DNA from: a virus
Taxonomy: Duplodnaviria; Caudoviricetes
IMG/VR virus record: IMGVR_UViG_3300020045_005344
Span: 1 to 24,721 of that record
Reading direction: 5' to 3' (one strand)
DNA: 24,721 bases
Within the stretch, counting starts at the first letter, position 1. The number at the start of each line of letters is the position of its first letter. The translations under genes and the position numbers were made by a program. The notes beneath the pieces are model-generated. The model saw nothing but the letters and a program-made list of their open reading frames with translations, searched no databases and was not told where the DNA came from. Of this stretch, positions 18,001-24,253 are shown piece after piece.

Positions 18001-18114
18001 GGTAAAGGGGTTTGCCGAGAGAGCATAGCTAGCGGGTGTCCTACCATTAGACGATTTTCATACGATTTGAACGTAATCTCCCTGTTTTTTACTCCCTAGC
18101 CGAACCACTCTACC
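18001..18114 (-). ncRNA. Candidate permuted tRNA-like ncRNA (YrlA/Y-RNA-like architecture)
   Basis: 5' GGTAGAGTGGTT pairs with 3' AACCCCTTTACC (11/12), continued by GCT-AGGGAGTA with TGCTCTCT-c-GGC. This helix encloses a T-arm (TACG-TTCAAAT-CGTA) placed before a D-arm (GTC-TAATGGTAG-GAC). Lies in an intergenic gap. Confidence 0.6.
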
Positions 18115-18139
18115 TCCTCTAACATGTTTTTAAGGGACG

Positions 18140-18259
18140 CTACAACCAATCAACTAATAATATTACTGCGAAGGCGGACCAAATTACTACCGCTAATATT
18201 TTCACCCAACCCCAGAACAATGCTTGTCGCTCCAACTTCTTTATAAAATCGTCTTTCAT
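18140..18259 (-). CDS. Small membrane protein (39 aa)
   Basis: Hand-translated MKDDFIKKLERQALFWGWVKILAVVIWSAFAVILLVDWL; one hydrophobic helix. Confidence 0.5.
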   Translation of the reverse strand: MKDDFIKKLERQALFWGWVKILAVVIWSAFAVILLVDWL

Positions 18260-18263
18260 ATAT

Positions 18264-18440
18264 TTAAGGACGCATTGCTTTAAACACTTCGACCAACCCT
18301 AGTAATGGCTTCTCAACTTTGTGTCTTCGTATTCTCATAAGTTTACCACTTTGTAAGTTCTGCGCCCATTCGTAATTTGATTCACGCTGGACGATTTTCT
18401 CTAATTCCTTTTGTAGTGGTTCAGCTAAGTGTTGGGTCAT
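18264..18440 (-). CDS. Small hypothetical protein (58 aa)
   Basis: Hand-translated MTQHLAEPLQKELEK...; ATGA overlap with the upstream gene's stop. Confidence 0.5.
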   Translation of the reverse strand: MTQHLAEPLQKELEKIVQRESNYEWAQNLQSGKLMRIRRHKVEKPLLGLVEVFKAMRP

Positions 18441-18730
18441 ACAAATAAAGTTGGTACGCCGTTAATTATTTCGACCTTTTGCTTTGGTGGGGTAGGGTCT
18501 ACCCAGTTGTTATTTTCCACCATCATGTAGTCCTTTGCCCCGCTTATACCGTGTTCACACTTTTGTTCTATGAAGATGAATCTGCCAGTAGGTTTCTCGT
18601 CTCGATTCTTGCGCCCCTCGATTTCTATTCTACGCTTGTGTGGTGATTTAGAGATTCGCCAAAATTCTGTTTGACAGTGATACTTCATATCATAGCACAT
18701 TTCTATTATTTTTTCGTGTTGATTGTTCAC
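18437..18730 (-). CDS. Hypothetical protein
   Basis: 97-aa ORF with GTG start, abutting neighbours. Confidence 0.6.
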   Translation of the reverse strand: MNNQHEKIIEMCYDMKYHCQTEFWRISKSPHKRRIEIEGRKNRDEKPTGRFIFIEQKCEHGISGAKDYMMVENNNWVDPTPPKQKVEIINGVPTLFV

Positions 18731-18731
18731 G

Positions 18732-19094
18732 TTAGTTTCCTCTTAATTCATCAGAATAAATACGAGCGTGTAATTTTGCTAATCTTATAAACTCTATAAT
18801 TTGAGCAATCTTATTCTTTTGTCGTTTAGATTCTTTGAAAATGTCAGTAGCCTCTATTTTCATTTTAGCTTCTGCAACACTCGCACTACCCTTCATAAGC
18901 TCTAGTTTTTCTAAGGCACACTTTTGTTCTAGTTCGGCGAGTTTGTCATTCTCTCCTCCAATAAGAACATTCAAGAACTCTCCTGCTTCTACCCATTTTG
19001 TAGGTGGTATAGGTTTCTTAGCTTGTACAGTCTCACTAAACCACTCTAGGATGGTGTCTATGCTTCTTTCAGGGTTTTGTGTGTTTTCACTCAT
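18732..19094 (-). CDS. Hypothetical helical/coiled-coil protein
   Basis: 120-aa ORF following the SSB-like gene. Confidence 0.65.
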   Translation of the reverse strand: MSENTQNPERSIDTILEWFSETVQAKKPIPPTKWVEAGEFLNVLIGGENDKLAELEQKCALEKLELMKGSASVAEAKMKIEATDIFKESKRQKNKIAQIIEFIRLAKLHARIYSDELRGN

Positions 19095-19122
19095 AAAATT
19101 GCTCTATGGGGCTATTAGGGGC

Positions 19123-19572
19123 TTAGAAAGGTATATCTTCGGGGTTAATCTCTTCCTCAGGATACTCTACGCCATTTAATGGAACTGGTCCTTTTACGCC
19201 AATCTTAGAAACTACTACATAGCCTGCTTCATCCTCAGTAACTTCAAAACCTTCAGGAATAAGATATACAGCAATCCCTCTCTTACCTGCAATCACCGTC
19301 TTTTCAGTGTGAACTGTTAATGGCTTGCCTATCCAGTTTGTTGAATCTTCACCAAAGGCTACAATCAAGGCATTCTTAGAAGGTTTATTTATAGATATAT
19401 TTGCATCATCTCCTGTAAGACCCTTAACTTTACACTTAGCTACGACTTGCATTCCTTCTCCTTTTGAATTCGGAATTTCAGTAGCTTCAGTGGTTAGTTT
19501 GATAAGGTCTCCAGTCTTTAATGTTTTCTTATCTAACCAATTACCTGTTGTTGTGTTTATTGTAAATTTCAT
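19123..19572 (-). CDS. Putative single-stranded DNA-binding protein
   Basis: Beta-rich body plus acidic C-terminal tail EEINPEDIPF, like the SSB-Ct DDDIPF. Confidence 0.65.
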   Translation of the reverse strand: MKFTINTTTGNWLDKKTLKTGDLIKLTTEATEIPNSKGEGMQVVAKCKVKGLTGDDANISINKPSKNALIVAFGEDSTNWIGKPLTVHTEKTVIAGKRGIAVYLIPEGFEVTEDEAGYVVVSKIGVKGPVPLNGVEYPEEEINPEDIPF

Positions 19573-19844
19573 TTGTTTATTCTTTTAACGCACTTTTTAA
19601 TCTCTTGGATTATATGCTTTTGTTCGGCAGACATAGACATATACTCACTCTCTGTTAAACTATTGGTTGATAAATACTTATCTAATGCTTGGTTCCATTC
19701 TTTGGTTTGTAGTCCTGTTTGACCAGTAATAACCCTTTCTAGCTCTAAATACTTTTCATGGGCTTCATTCATATCAACTACCTCCACTTCAGTAAGCTCT
19801 ATGTAAGCATATTCTTTTGTGGGGATTCTAAATGTTGCTTTCAT
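19569..19844 (-). CDS. Hypothetical protein
   Basis: 91-aa ORF with ATGA overlaps to neighbours. Confidence 0.65.
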   Translation of the reverse strand: MKATFRIPTKEYAYIELTEVEVVDMNEAHEKYLELERVITGQTGLQTKEWNQALDKYLSTNSLTESEYMSMSAEQKHIIQEIKKCVKRINK

Positions 19845-19948
19845 AGTTGTTCTGGGCTAATTATTATTAATATTCCGACTATTACGACTAGGGACAAGAT
19901 GAACATCATTCCTTCCCACATTACTTTCCATGCTTCTGGTGATTTCAT
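19841..19948 (-). CDS. Small membrane protein (35 aa)
   Basis: Hand-translated MKSPEAWKVMWEGMMFILSLVVIVGILIIISPEQL; ATGA overlaps on both sides. Confidence 0.5.
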   Translation of the reverse strand: MKSPEAWKVMWEGMMFILSLVVIVGILIIISPEQL

Positions 19949-20103
19949 TTGAATAGTTGTCTTAGTCTGTTAAATTTCAAACTATTTCTTAGGGCGAACG
20001 GGCTAGGAAACTTTAGTAGGTCTAACTCGTATAGGTCTAGTTGCATTTCACCTACAAGACCTCTGTTTTTATTCAGTACGATTTTTAATATTTTATTCGG
20101 CAT
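19945..20103 (-). CDS. Small hypothetical protein (52 aa)
   Basis: Hand-translated MPNKILKIVLNKNRGLVGEMQLDLYEL...; coupled to neighbours. Confidence 0.45.
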   Translation of the reverse strand: MPNKILKIVLNKNRGLVGEMQLDLYELDLLKFPSPFALRNSLKFNRLRQLFK

Positions 20104-20260
20104 ATTTAGCTGGGTTATATTTTGCTAATGCTTCCATATTGTGTTTGTGTATCTCTTCCTGTAGGTGGCACTCGTAACAGATTTTAGGGAGTTCTGCGAA
20201 CTTATGTTGCCCGCCTTTATGTTCTTTTTCTGTAAAGTCTATTTCTTGTTCTTTAGTCAT
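20093..20260 (-). CDS. Small hypothetical protein (55 aa, CxxC)
   Basis: Hand-translated MTKEQEIDFTEKEHKGGQH...ICYECH...; first gene after the long leader. Confidence 0.5.
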   Translation of the reverse strand: MTKEQEIDFTEKEHKGGQHKFAELPKICYECHLQEEIHKHNMEALAKYNPAKYAE

Positions 20261-20299
20261 GTTATTTAAGTTAATGATAAGTTAAGACACACTGAATAC

Positions 20300-20524
20300 T
20301 AAAGAGGTGAACTGATACCTTGCCGTGCTATTAGCATTAAGAAACTTTAGCGTGTTCTAGGTATTTCTGCCTCTAGTTTTCAATGAGCCTTTAGTGGAGT
20401 ACTTCGGGGGATTGGTACTGCGGTGGAACCAGTGTGGGATTAAGTGGAATACCTCTTAATATGTTGCCCCACCCAATTCGCCGTCTCTCGCTCCCCCTCA
20501 CTCCAGTTTTGTAGATTGCTCTAC
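20300..20524 (-). ncRNA. Structured 5' leader or candidate ncRNA
   Basis: GTAGA-GCAA-TCTAC hairpin, then nested inverted repeats across 20395-20505 (TGGAGT/ACTCCA, GGGGGA/TCCCCC, ATTGG/CCAAT, GTGGG/CCCAC, ATTAAG/CTTAAT), then boxA-like GCTCATTGAAAA. Confidence 0.4.
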
Positions 20525-20530
20525 TCTCTT

Positions 20531-20559
20531 ATCATATACCCAAGCGTTTCGTTAGTCAA
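20531..20559 (-). promoter_or_regulatory. Sigma70 promoter with operator-like site in the spacer
   Basis: TTGACT-17 nt-TATGAT; spacer holds CCCAAGCGTTTCGT (plus strand 20539-20552). Confidence 0.75.
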
Positions 20560-20571
20560 GCCCTTTTTCTA

Positions 20572-20760
20572 CTACCCTGTGGATAACTTTTTATGCTTGT
20601 GATAGCCACCTTTCTTGCCATTCAGCCGTGCTGCCCTAGCCTTTTTAGTAGACTTTACTTTACCTCCTATTCTTCCTAGTGCCTGTGCGTGTTTATTCTT
20701 CATAGCTTCCTTCTCACGAGATTTAATATACTGATAATGTTCTTGAGTCATCATTGACAT
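20572..20760 (-). CDS. Small basic protein, putative DNA-binding regulator
   Basis: KNKHAQALGRIGG...STKKARAARLNGKKGG; K/R/G-rich; lies between two promoters that share a palindrome. Confidence 0.65.
   Translation of the reverse strand: MSMMTQEHYQYIKSREKEAMKNKHAQALGRIGGKVKSTKKARAARLNGKKGGYHKHKKLSTG
20578..20586. promoter_or_regulatory. DnaA box
   Basis: Perfect TTATCCACA on the minus strand, 18 nt upstream of the -35 at 20554-20559. Confidence 0.55.
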
Positions 20761-20766
20761 ACTAAC

Positions 20767-20795
20767 ATATTACACCCAACCGCTTAGGAAGTCAA
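20767..20795 (-). promoter_or_regulatory. Sigma70 promoter with operator-like palindrome, probably leaderless
   Basis: TTGACT-17 nt-TAATAT, 6 nt before the ATG at 20760; spacer holds CCCAACCGCTTAGG (20775-20788). Confidence 0.65.
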
Positions 20796-20800
20796 GTAAT

Positions 20801-20992
20801 TTAGTGGCCGTGTTTTGCGTACGTTTTCCTCATAAATTCAACTACATCATTTACAGACATAGTTTTTAGAAGCCACTTGATTATGGATTTCATAATAAAT
20901 TTGCGCCAACCTTTAAACTCAATAATCTCGTGGCATTGTTTACACTCTATTTGACCCACTAAATCCCAAACTATTTCTTCAGAAGTTTTCAT
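20801..20992 (-). CDS. Hypothetical protein (CxxC)
   Basis: 63-aa ORF; ATGA overlap with the upstream gene. Confidence 0.55.
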   Translation of the reverse strand: MKTSEEIVWDLVGQIECKQCHEIIEFKGWRKFIMKSIIKWLLKTMSVNDVVEFMRKTYAKHGH

Positions 20993-21225
20993 ATATACCT
21001 ATTCAACGTCTCCGCCTTGATAAAGAACTTGTCCTTCCTTTTAGATTTACAGAAGGCCTTAGTTCTATCTCGGTTCCAGTAAATCCGCCTGAAACAAATA
21101 GGACATCGCATCTTACTTAAATAGTAGACTAACTCTTCTTTAGAGGGTTCAAAAAGTGATTTCGGATAAGTTACACGAAATCTGCTTAAATCGTATTCTT
21201 TTAAAAGTTGTCCGGTATTCTCCAT
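20989..21225 (-). CDS. Hypothetical protein, possible Zn ribbon
   Basis: CPIC...FC motif; AAGGAG upstream. Confidence 0.6.
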   Translation of the reverse strand: MENTGQLLKEYDLSRFRVTYPKSLFEPSKEELVYYLSKMRCPICFRRIYWNRDRTKAFCKSKRKDKFFIKAETLNRYI

Positions 21226-21534
21226 ATGCCTGGTCTCCTTGTTACTATTCTTTTAGGTAATTTAGGTACTCTTGCGCTACCCCTAGATAATGTTTTCTCG
21301 GTAGGCTCGATTACTTGCTTTGTTATGTATCCTTTATATCTCTTCATATACATAGCTGGTATCCCCCAGTTCCCCCCGACTTAAAGTCATAGCATCATAT
21401 GTTGAGTAGACTTATAGTGAGCAGAGGGTATAGCGTTATTGGGAAAGTTTATAATGCTATATTACTCCACTCACTACATTAAGATAAAGTTTTGTAAGTG
21501 ATTACCTTAAAGCACTTGTAAAGGAATTGTACGC

Positions 21535-21557
21535 AAAAACCGCCCATTTCTAGGCGG
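21535..21557 (-). terminator. Intrinsic terminator
   Basis: CCGCCT-agaaat-GGGCGG followed by TTTTT. Confidence 0.65.
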
Positions 21558-21630
21558 CCTCTACGTTGCGATTAACAACGGAAAAATTCTCTAAGCAGAA
21601 AACTCTTTCGTTGTTACTGTTAATCGCCAC
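21535..21630 (-). ncRNA. Candidate ~95-nt small RNA or attenuator
   Basis: Promoter, then a long hairpin (GCGATTAAC...GTTAATCGC enclosing GAGTTTTCT-gctt-AGAGAATTT), then a terminator; no ORF recognised. Confidence 0.45.
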
Positions 21631-21636
21631 TAACAC

Positions 21637-21682
21637 ATCATAAAGCACAAAAACCGCCTTTGCAAGCGATTTCTGTGGATAA
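21637..21682 (-). promoter_or_regulatory. Sigma70 promoter with upstream DnaA box
   Basis: TTGCAA-17 nt-TATGAT (21665 to 21637); perfect TTATCCACA at 21674-21682. Confidence 0.6.
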
Positions 21683-21717
21683 CTCAAATTTGGTGTAATC
21701 TAGGACAATAGCTTCGA

Positions 21718-22098
21718 TTACTCTATTAGTCTAGCATAATGCTCTATTTTGTCAAGATACCACTCCCTGTCTAGCTTTAAGGTTTGGTGTCTGCTTTGTT
21801 TTATAGCCTCTACCTTGTCTCTTCCGTATTCTTTAATTAAGCCCTCTTCAAACTCTAGTGTCATTCCTCTGCCGAATCCGTTACAGCCCCAGCACTGTGG
21901 GCGACAGTTTTCTTCACTCCACCTAGTAGCTAAATGTTTCCTTGAAACAAAGTGGCCGTTCTGTATTCTTTTGATTTCAAAAATCTTGCCACAAGTGTAA
22001 CAAGAAACCATGCCATCAACAGCGTATTTCTGTCGTATATATTTAGAGAAAATGGCATCCAGTTCTTTTTTAATCTTTCCAGTAGTGTAGTCTTTCAC
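21718..22098 (-). CDS. ninG: NinG/Rap-family recombination endonuclease
   Basis: LDAIFSKYIR, CYTCG, NGHFVSR...TRW.E.NC.PQC..CN motifs. Start taken as GTG 22098, 6 nt after an extended -10 TGCTATACT. Confidence 0.85.
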   Translation of the reverse strand: MKDYTTGKIKKELDAIFSKYIRQKYAVDGMVSCYTCGKIFEIKRIQNGHFVSRKHLATRWSEENCRPQCWGCNGFGRGMTLEFEEGLIKEYGRDKVEAIKQSRHQTLKLDREWYLDKIEHYARLIE

Positions 22099-22112
22099 AT
22101 TTAAAGTATAGC

Positions 22113-22163
22113 ACAAATAGAAAGGGGTAGGAATCAGATATACACTGACGACTACCCCCTTTC
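22113..22163 (-). terminator. Terminator-like hairpin closing the GC-rich module
   Basis: GGGGTAG-tcg-TCAG-tgtatat-CTGA-ttc-CTACCCC followed by TTTCTATTT; overlaps the HNH gene's stop codon. Confidence 0.55.
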
Positions 22164-22337
22164 CTTTGCACGCTTAACCCTATGAAGCAAGGAAATAACT
22201 TCATCGAGTGTTCGGTTGCCGAAGACCTTGTGCCAATGAGTGTGTCGAAGCACATCCATCAACAAGAGGTTCTTCCTGCTGTTGTCTCCCCCCCGTGAAC
22301 GTGGGATGAGGTGGTGCTTGTTGCGCCAGCGCTTCAC
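22152..22337 (-). CDS. Minimal HNH-motif protein
   Basis: HHLIPRSRGGDNSRKNL...H..WH motif; GTG start with AGGAGG upstream. Confidence 0.75.
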   Translation of the reverse strand: MKRWRNKHHLIPRSRGGDNSRKNLLLMDVLRHTHWHKVFGNRTLDEVISLLHRVKRAKERG

Positions 22338-22345
22338 TTTGCCTC

Positions 22346-22534
22346 CTAGGCCCCGTCATCTTCTTCAACGCGGAGCCGTTTGTAGCCGAATTGCTTTTCA
22401 GCATTCTCCATCAGCCGTTTCCGACACGAGCCACAGAACGTCATGGCGTAGAGTTCTATTACGAAATCCATACTCACCACGAGATTCTGCGACCAGACCT
22501 TCCCACAGCGTAGGCACGAAACCTTCGCCGTCAT
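22346..22534 (-). CDS. Small Zn-ribbon-like protein
   Basis: CLRCG...CGSC motif; start overlaps the upstream stop. Confidence 0.6.
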   Translation of the reverse strand: MTAKVSCLRCGKVWSQNLVVSMDFVIELYAMTFCGSCRKRLMENAEKQFGYKRLRVEEDDGA

Positions 22535-22743
22535 CAGTTCACGCTCTTGTTCCCCTTGACCAGAACTCGGTCAAGAAAGAATGCGTAGAGGTCGTCCACC
22601 CTGAACGGCACATCTTCCTCGCAGTGAGGGCACGTACCGTACAGGAACAGTTGGTTTTCGTGCCAGTACGAGCCAGTGACAGGCATCGGTTTCTGGCAGT
22701 GGTGACATCGAAAGGTCGCCGATGGAACCTGGACTTCACTCAT
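22534..22743 (-). CDS. Small Zn-ribbon-like protein
   Basis: CHHC...CPHC motif; GGAGG upstream; ATGA overlap. Confidence 0.6.
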   Translation of the reverse strand: MSEVQVPSATFRCHHCQKPMPVTGSYWHENQLFLYGTCPHCEEDVPFRVDDLYAFFLDRVLVKGNKSVN

Positions 22744-23213
22744 TTAACACCTCCAAGCCACTCGATGAAATCGGGGTGGGTCATCACTTGTCGCACCATG
22801 ATGTCCACGATGCTTTCGGTGTTGACCATCCCCCTCGGTTCGGTCTTGTATGAGAGCCACCAGTGAAGGTACTCGTGTACGAGAACGTCCGCACCCGCCT
22901 TTTCCCACAGGACGATGTGCAGGTGGGTTGGGTCTTTCTCGGGAATCCAGTGTCCGTGAATGAACACGTTGATGGACTCCACGAGTTGAATGCAGTAGGG
23001 GAAGTTGCCGTTAGTTTCCTGTAGGCAGTCTCCCATCTGTTCGCCCTTGAACTGGTCTTGCAGTTTCTTCTGCGAAACCAGCTCAATTTCGAGCTTCTTC
23101 GGCATCTCCGTCTTCGTCATCTCGGAAAGTTTTGCAACGAGCCGAGTGTTGAAGTCTGTGGGTGCTTGGAAGCTCGAGGAGAGCATCACACACACGATGA
23201 GTAGTATTCTCAT
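22740..23213 (-). CDS. Exported protein with HExxH motif (zincin-like metallopeptidase?)
   Basis: N-terminal signal-like MRILLIVCVMLSSSFQA; VLVHEYLH followed by a downstream E (NTE). Confidence 0.55.
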   Translation of the reverse strand: MRILLIVCVMLSSSFQAPTDFNTRLVAKLSEMTKTEMPKKLEIELVSQKKLQDQFKGEQMGDCLQETNGNFPYCIQLVESINVFIHGHWIPEKDPTHLHIVLWEKAGADVLVHEYLHWWLSYKTEPRGMVNTESIVDIMVRQVMTHPDFIEWLGGVK

Positions 23214-23359
23214 AGTTGCTTCTCCCTCAAACGAATTGCCACGAGTTCCTTGACCTGGTTGATGGAGAGTCGCTTGTATTCCTCTGTGGTGCAGAGGTAG
23301 AGCAAGTAGCCGCCGCCAAGTTCATAGAACACCCGACCATCGCTGGTAAAGAGTTTCAC
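23210..23359 (-). CDS. Small hypothetical protein (49 aa)
   Basis: Start moved to GTG 23359, preceded by AAGGAGG; first gene of the GC-rich module. Confidence 0.55.
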   Translation of the reverse strand: MKLFTSDGRVFYELGGGYLLYLCTTEEYKRLSINQVKELVAIRLREKQL

Positions 23360-23558
23360 AGTCCCCTCCTTGTCAATTCCAAATAAATTGTGTTCCTTAA
23401 AAAACAAAAAACAAGGGGATAACCGAATATAAACAAAAATTCCATCGATAAAATGGAATCTTTGCCCACCGAGAAGTCGTTTCTATGTTTATATAAATTG
23501 ATGTTGTTCTTTTGCGAGATAGCCCAAGGAACGTTGGTATCCTGAGGTGGGATGATAC

Positions 23559-23933
23559 CTAATACCAATTATGTGCCTTGTGAAACTTTAATGCAATCTG
23601 TGGATTACCGTACCGCTCCGAGATGTAAACAATACACTCGTCTATCTGCTCGTACGGGTTAGAAGTTTTGCCATTCTTCCAAGTTGAATTGAGAAACTGG
23701 CAAAGTCCGTAGGCAGAACTGTGGGGGTTCTGGGCAGCCGGGTCCCAACGGCTCTCTAGGGCTATTATAGCCTCAAAAGAAAGCCACCCAGAGCCAAACA
23801 CCTCATTTACCCTCTTTTCCGCATACTCGCGTATAGGGGGCAGTTTTGGGGCTTCTGGGGCCTCTGCAATAGACCACCTAATAGGTAGAAATAAACACGC
23901 CAAAATTGCAAGAATAATAATAACATATCTCAT
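23559..23933 (-). CDS. SLT-family lytic transglycosylase with N-terminal signal/TM segment (putative endolysin)
   Basis: IIALESRWDPAAQN (catalytic ES), SAYGLCQFL and YISERYG...HNWY motifs; hydrophobic N-terminus. Confidence 0.85.
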   Translation of the reverse strand: MRYVIIILAILACLFLPIRWSIAEAPEAPKLPPIREYAEKRVNEVFGSGWLSFEAIIALESRWDPAAQNPHSSAYGLCQFLNSTWKNGKTSNPYEQIDECIVYISERYGNPQIALKFHKAHNWY

Positions 23934-23953
23934 ACTGTGCCTCGTGCGAGGGC

Positions 23954-24184
23954 TTAGCTAAGAGTTGATTTTGTGCCAGAGAATAACCCTGAAGCTGTTA
24001 GCCCCACGATTATACCTTGCAAGACATTTGCTCCTGTAAAGGCGTCAAGCAAGCCTATCCCCGCCACACCTAGAATTAGGGAAGCTAGTGGTAAAAACTT
24101 ACTTACAAGACCTATATGCTTTAACACTTCTACTAGACCGATAACGACTGGCACTAAAACCAAAAACTCTGTTGATATTTCCAT
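23954..24184 (-). CDS. Putative holin
   Basis: 76 aa with 2-3 hydrophobic helices; GLVEVLK..G...KFLPL.SL.LG...GLTASGLFSG.K pattern; adjacent to the muralytic enzyme. Confidence 0.75.
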   Translation of the reverse strand: MEISTEFLVLVPVVIGLVEVLKHIGLVSKFLPLASLILGVAGIGLLDAFTGANVLQGIIVGLTASGLFSGTKSTLS

Positions 24185-24253
24185 AATTATAATTTAACTA
24201 ATAATCGAACATACTAAGTGTGATACCCCTGTATGAGGTTGGCAAGTGGATAA

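Noticed and set aside
18001-18114. Canonical tRNA gene
   Set aside because: The T-arm precedes the D-arm and there is no anticodon loop, 7-bp acceptor stem or CCA end. Reported instead as a permuted tRNA-like RNA.
21201-21347. 48-aa basic ORF (MKRYKGYITKQ...)
   Set aside because: Short, overlaps the next gene's RBS and start, and has no motif; possible but unsupported.
23356-23568. 70-aa minus-strand ORF, or a riboswitch in this interval
   Set aside because: The ORF has no motif or RBS and crosses AT-rich hairpins. The hairpins (TTCCAT...ATGGAA, TATAAACA...TGTTTATA) match no riboswitch consensus I can support.
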